Positions 62,501-64,000 of a stretch of 64,000 nucleotides of DNA are shown piece after piece (within the stretch, counting starts at the first letter, position 1; each line of letters begins with the position of its first letter). The stretch is taken from contig JARDVH010000160.1 of assembly GCA_030324005.1 (NCBI GenBank), positions 16,407,204 to 16,471,203 on the forward strand. The letters are read 5' to 3'. A program made the translations under genes and the position numbers. The DNA is from Negaprion brevirostris. Lineage: Eukaryota. The notes below the pieces were generated by a model. That model ran no database searches. It was not told where the DNA came from and saw only the letters and a program-made list of their open reading frames with translations.

Positions 62501-64000
62501 TGCAATGTCATCCTAAAAAATGAGATTAGGAAGGTGTGTATAGACTATGGAAAAAAGATAGATAAAGAACAATGAATGCTCAGCATTACCCCTGTGTATT
62601 TACTGGCTCTGGTCCAAGGGCAGGCAAAAACATTAAAGGTATCTTTGAAAATGATTCCTTTAAGCGGTTTAATTGTTCTTGTGCAATTTCATAGAAGTGT
62701 CCACTGTCTCACTTAGGTTATTTCAATGTTACGATGAATTAAACTTTAAACCCTGAATATTGCATAAAGAATTTTATTTGTCCTTCATCAATTCTCTCCT
62801 TTCTTCAAGGTGTTCCCCAAACAGAGTGATAGCTTCATGGATATCCATCATCCCTGGCACACTGTTCAAAAGCTCATTTACATAGGATTACATTACAGTG
62901 AACATACAGCACAGAACAGGCTATTCAGTCCACTCAGTCCATGCTGTCGTTCATAGTCCACTCTAGATTCCGCCCACTTTTTTTCATCTAAGTCTACAAT
63001 TGTAACACTTCTTCCTCTTATATTTGTCTAGTTCTCTTTAAATGCATTTCTATTGCCACAGGTTTATACAATGAACACTGTAAAGAGCTAGAATCAGTCA
63101 TCAGTACTACAAATCTATCGTTCTTAGCTCTGTTTTAATTTTTTAAAAAGGCAAAATGTAAAAGTTAGCATTTTATTACAACAAAATCTGAATAATAACT
63201 GCTGCAGTTTGAGTTTCCCAGTGAGATACAGGTTTTCAGAGCAAACTGTCTATTACTTTAAAATCCCATTTAACCTTATTTAAACTGGATATCATCTTTT
63301 CTTTAAACTGATGTTAATTCTAATGAGTTTTAATATGCATTTAACAAACCACTTCGCCTTTTTTTCCTTCTGGAGTGCAAATATTATATAGAAAAGGGAA
63401 CTGAAGAGAATGCAAAAGAACTACAGTTGTACCTTAAACAGATCCTAAAGGGAGCAGTAAACAGAAAAGGAAAATAGTGATCAGAAAGGAAAACTTCAGA
63501 TGTTGAGTACAATGAGGTTTGAAGTAATTACTGAAGCTTGCTGTCTCAAATGAAAAGGTTCATCATTTACAAAGAATGCATCAATCAGCATAAATAGTGG
63601 ACCAAATTCGAAAGCAAATCAAATCAAATGAATTGACTTTGTAAAGAAACTTGACTAGAAACAAATTTAAGTACAGTAGTTTCAGCTACAGATGCTGTGT
63701 CCTGGCTTATAAATGACCCAGAAATTGCCTTACAGCAGCTTTTAAACATCCTTAGACAGTACAATATACAACAGAATCTTAACCCATTTCAGGTTTGGAG
63801 TAGATTGATCCCTTTGAGAAAAATACCAACAATTCCTGTACTAATCAAGGACATTCTCTGAAAGAATGTTACGCAAATGATTGAAGCTAAAGGTAATTTC
63901 ACAATCTCATATACCCAGTGACACCTTCATCCATTGGGAACATGAACTGGTGGAGAGGCTATTGCTTCCTACACCATTCTTTGACCTACATTTCACGTGA

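Noticed and set aside
61091-64000. Further GRAMD1B exons
   Set aside because: No transmembrane-encoding exon (LFYKLWMLE-like) was seen; the region appears intronic.

Overview
AT-rich vertebrate genomic DNA with many N-gaps. The repeat landscape (HE1/V-SINE-type tRNA SINEs, CR1/L2 LINE relics, palindromic Penelope-derived elements) is typical of a shark/elasmobranch. Two convergent spliced genes are present. On the + strand are four coding exons of SCN3B (sodium channel beta-3); its signal-peptide exon was not found and probably lies upstream, and a probable long non-coding terminal exon lies at ~36.7-40.5 kb. On the - strand are the last two coding exons and a ~6.5 kb 3'UTR of GRAMD1B (Aster-B). 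This is the same tail-to-tail arrangement as in human. Introns and the intergenic region hold a decayed Gypsy (Mag-like) LTR element with both LTRs, an internally deleted Ty1/Copia (GalEa-like) element, a probable solo LTR and numerous SINE/LINE/MITE relics. The most notable unannotated signal is two families of short, often palindromic insertions, several with 11-13 bp target-site duplications. They carry minimal type-I hammerhead-ribozyme motifs (CTGANGA-stem II-GAAA), with a compensatory stem II change between copies. Most ORFs in the supplied track are spurious or TE-derived. Repeat boundaries were read by eye and are approximate; exon boundaries were counted base by base.
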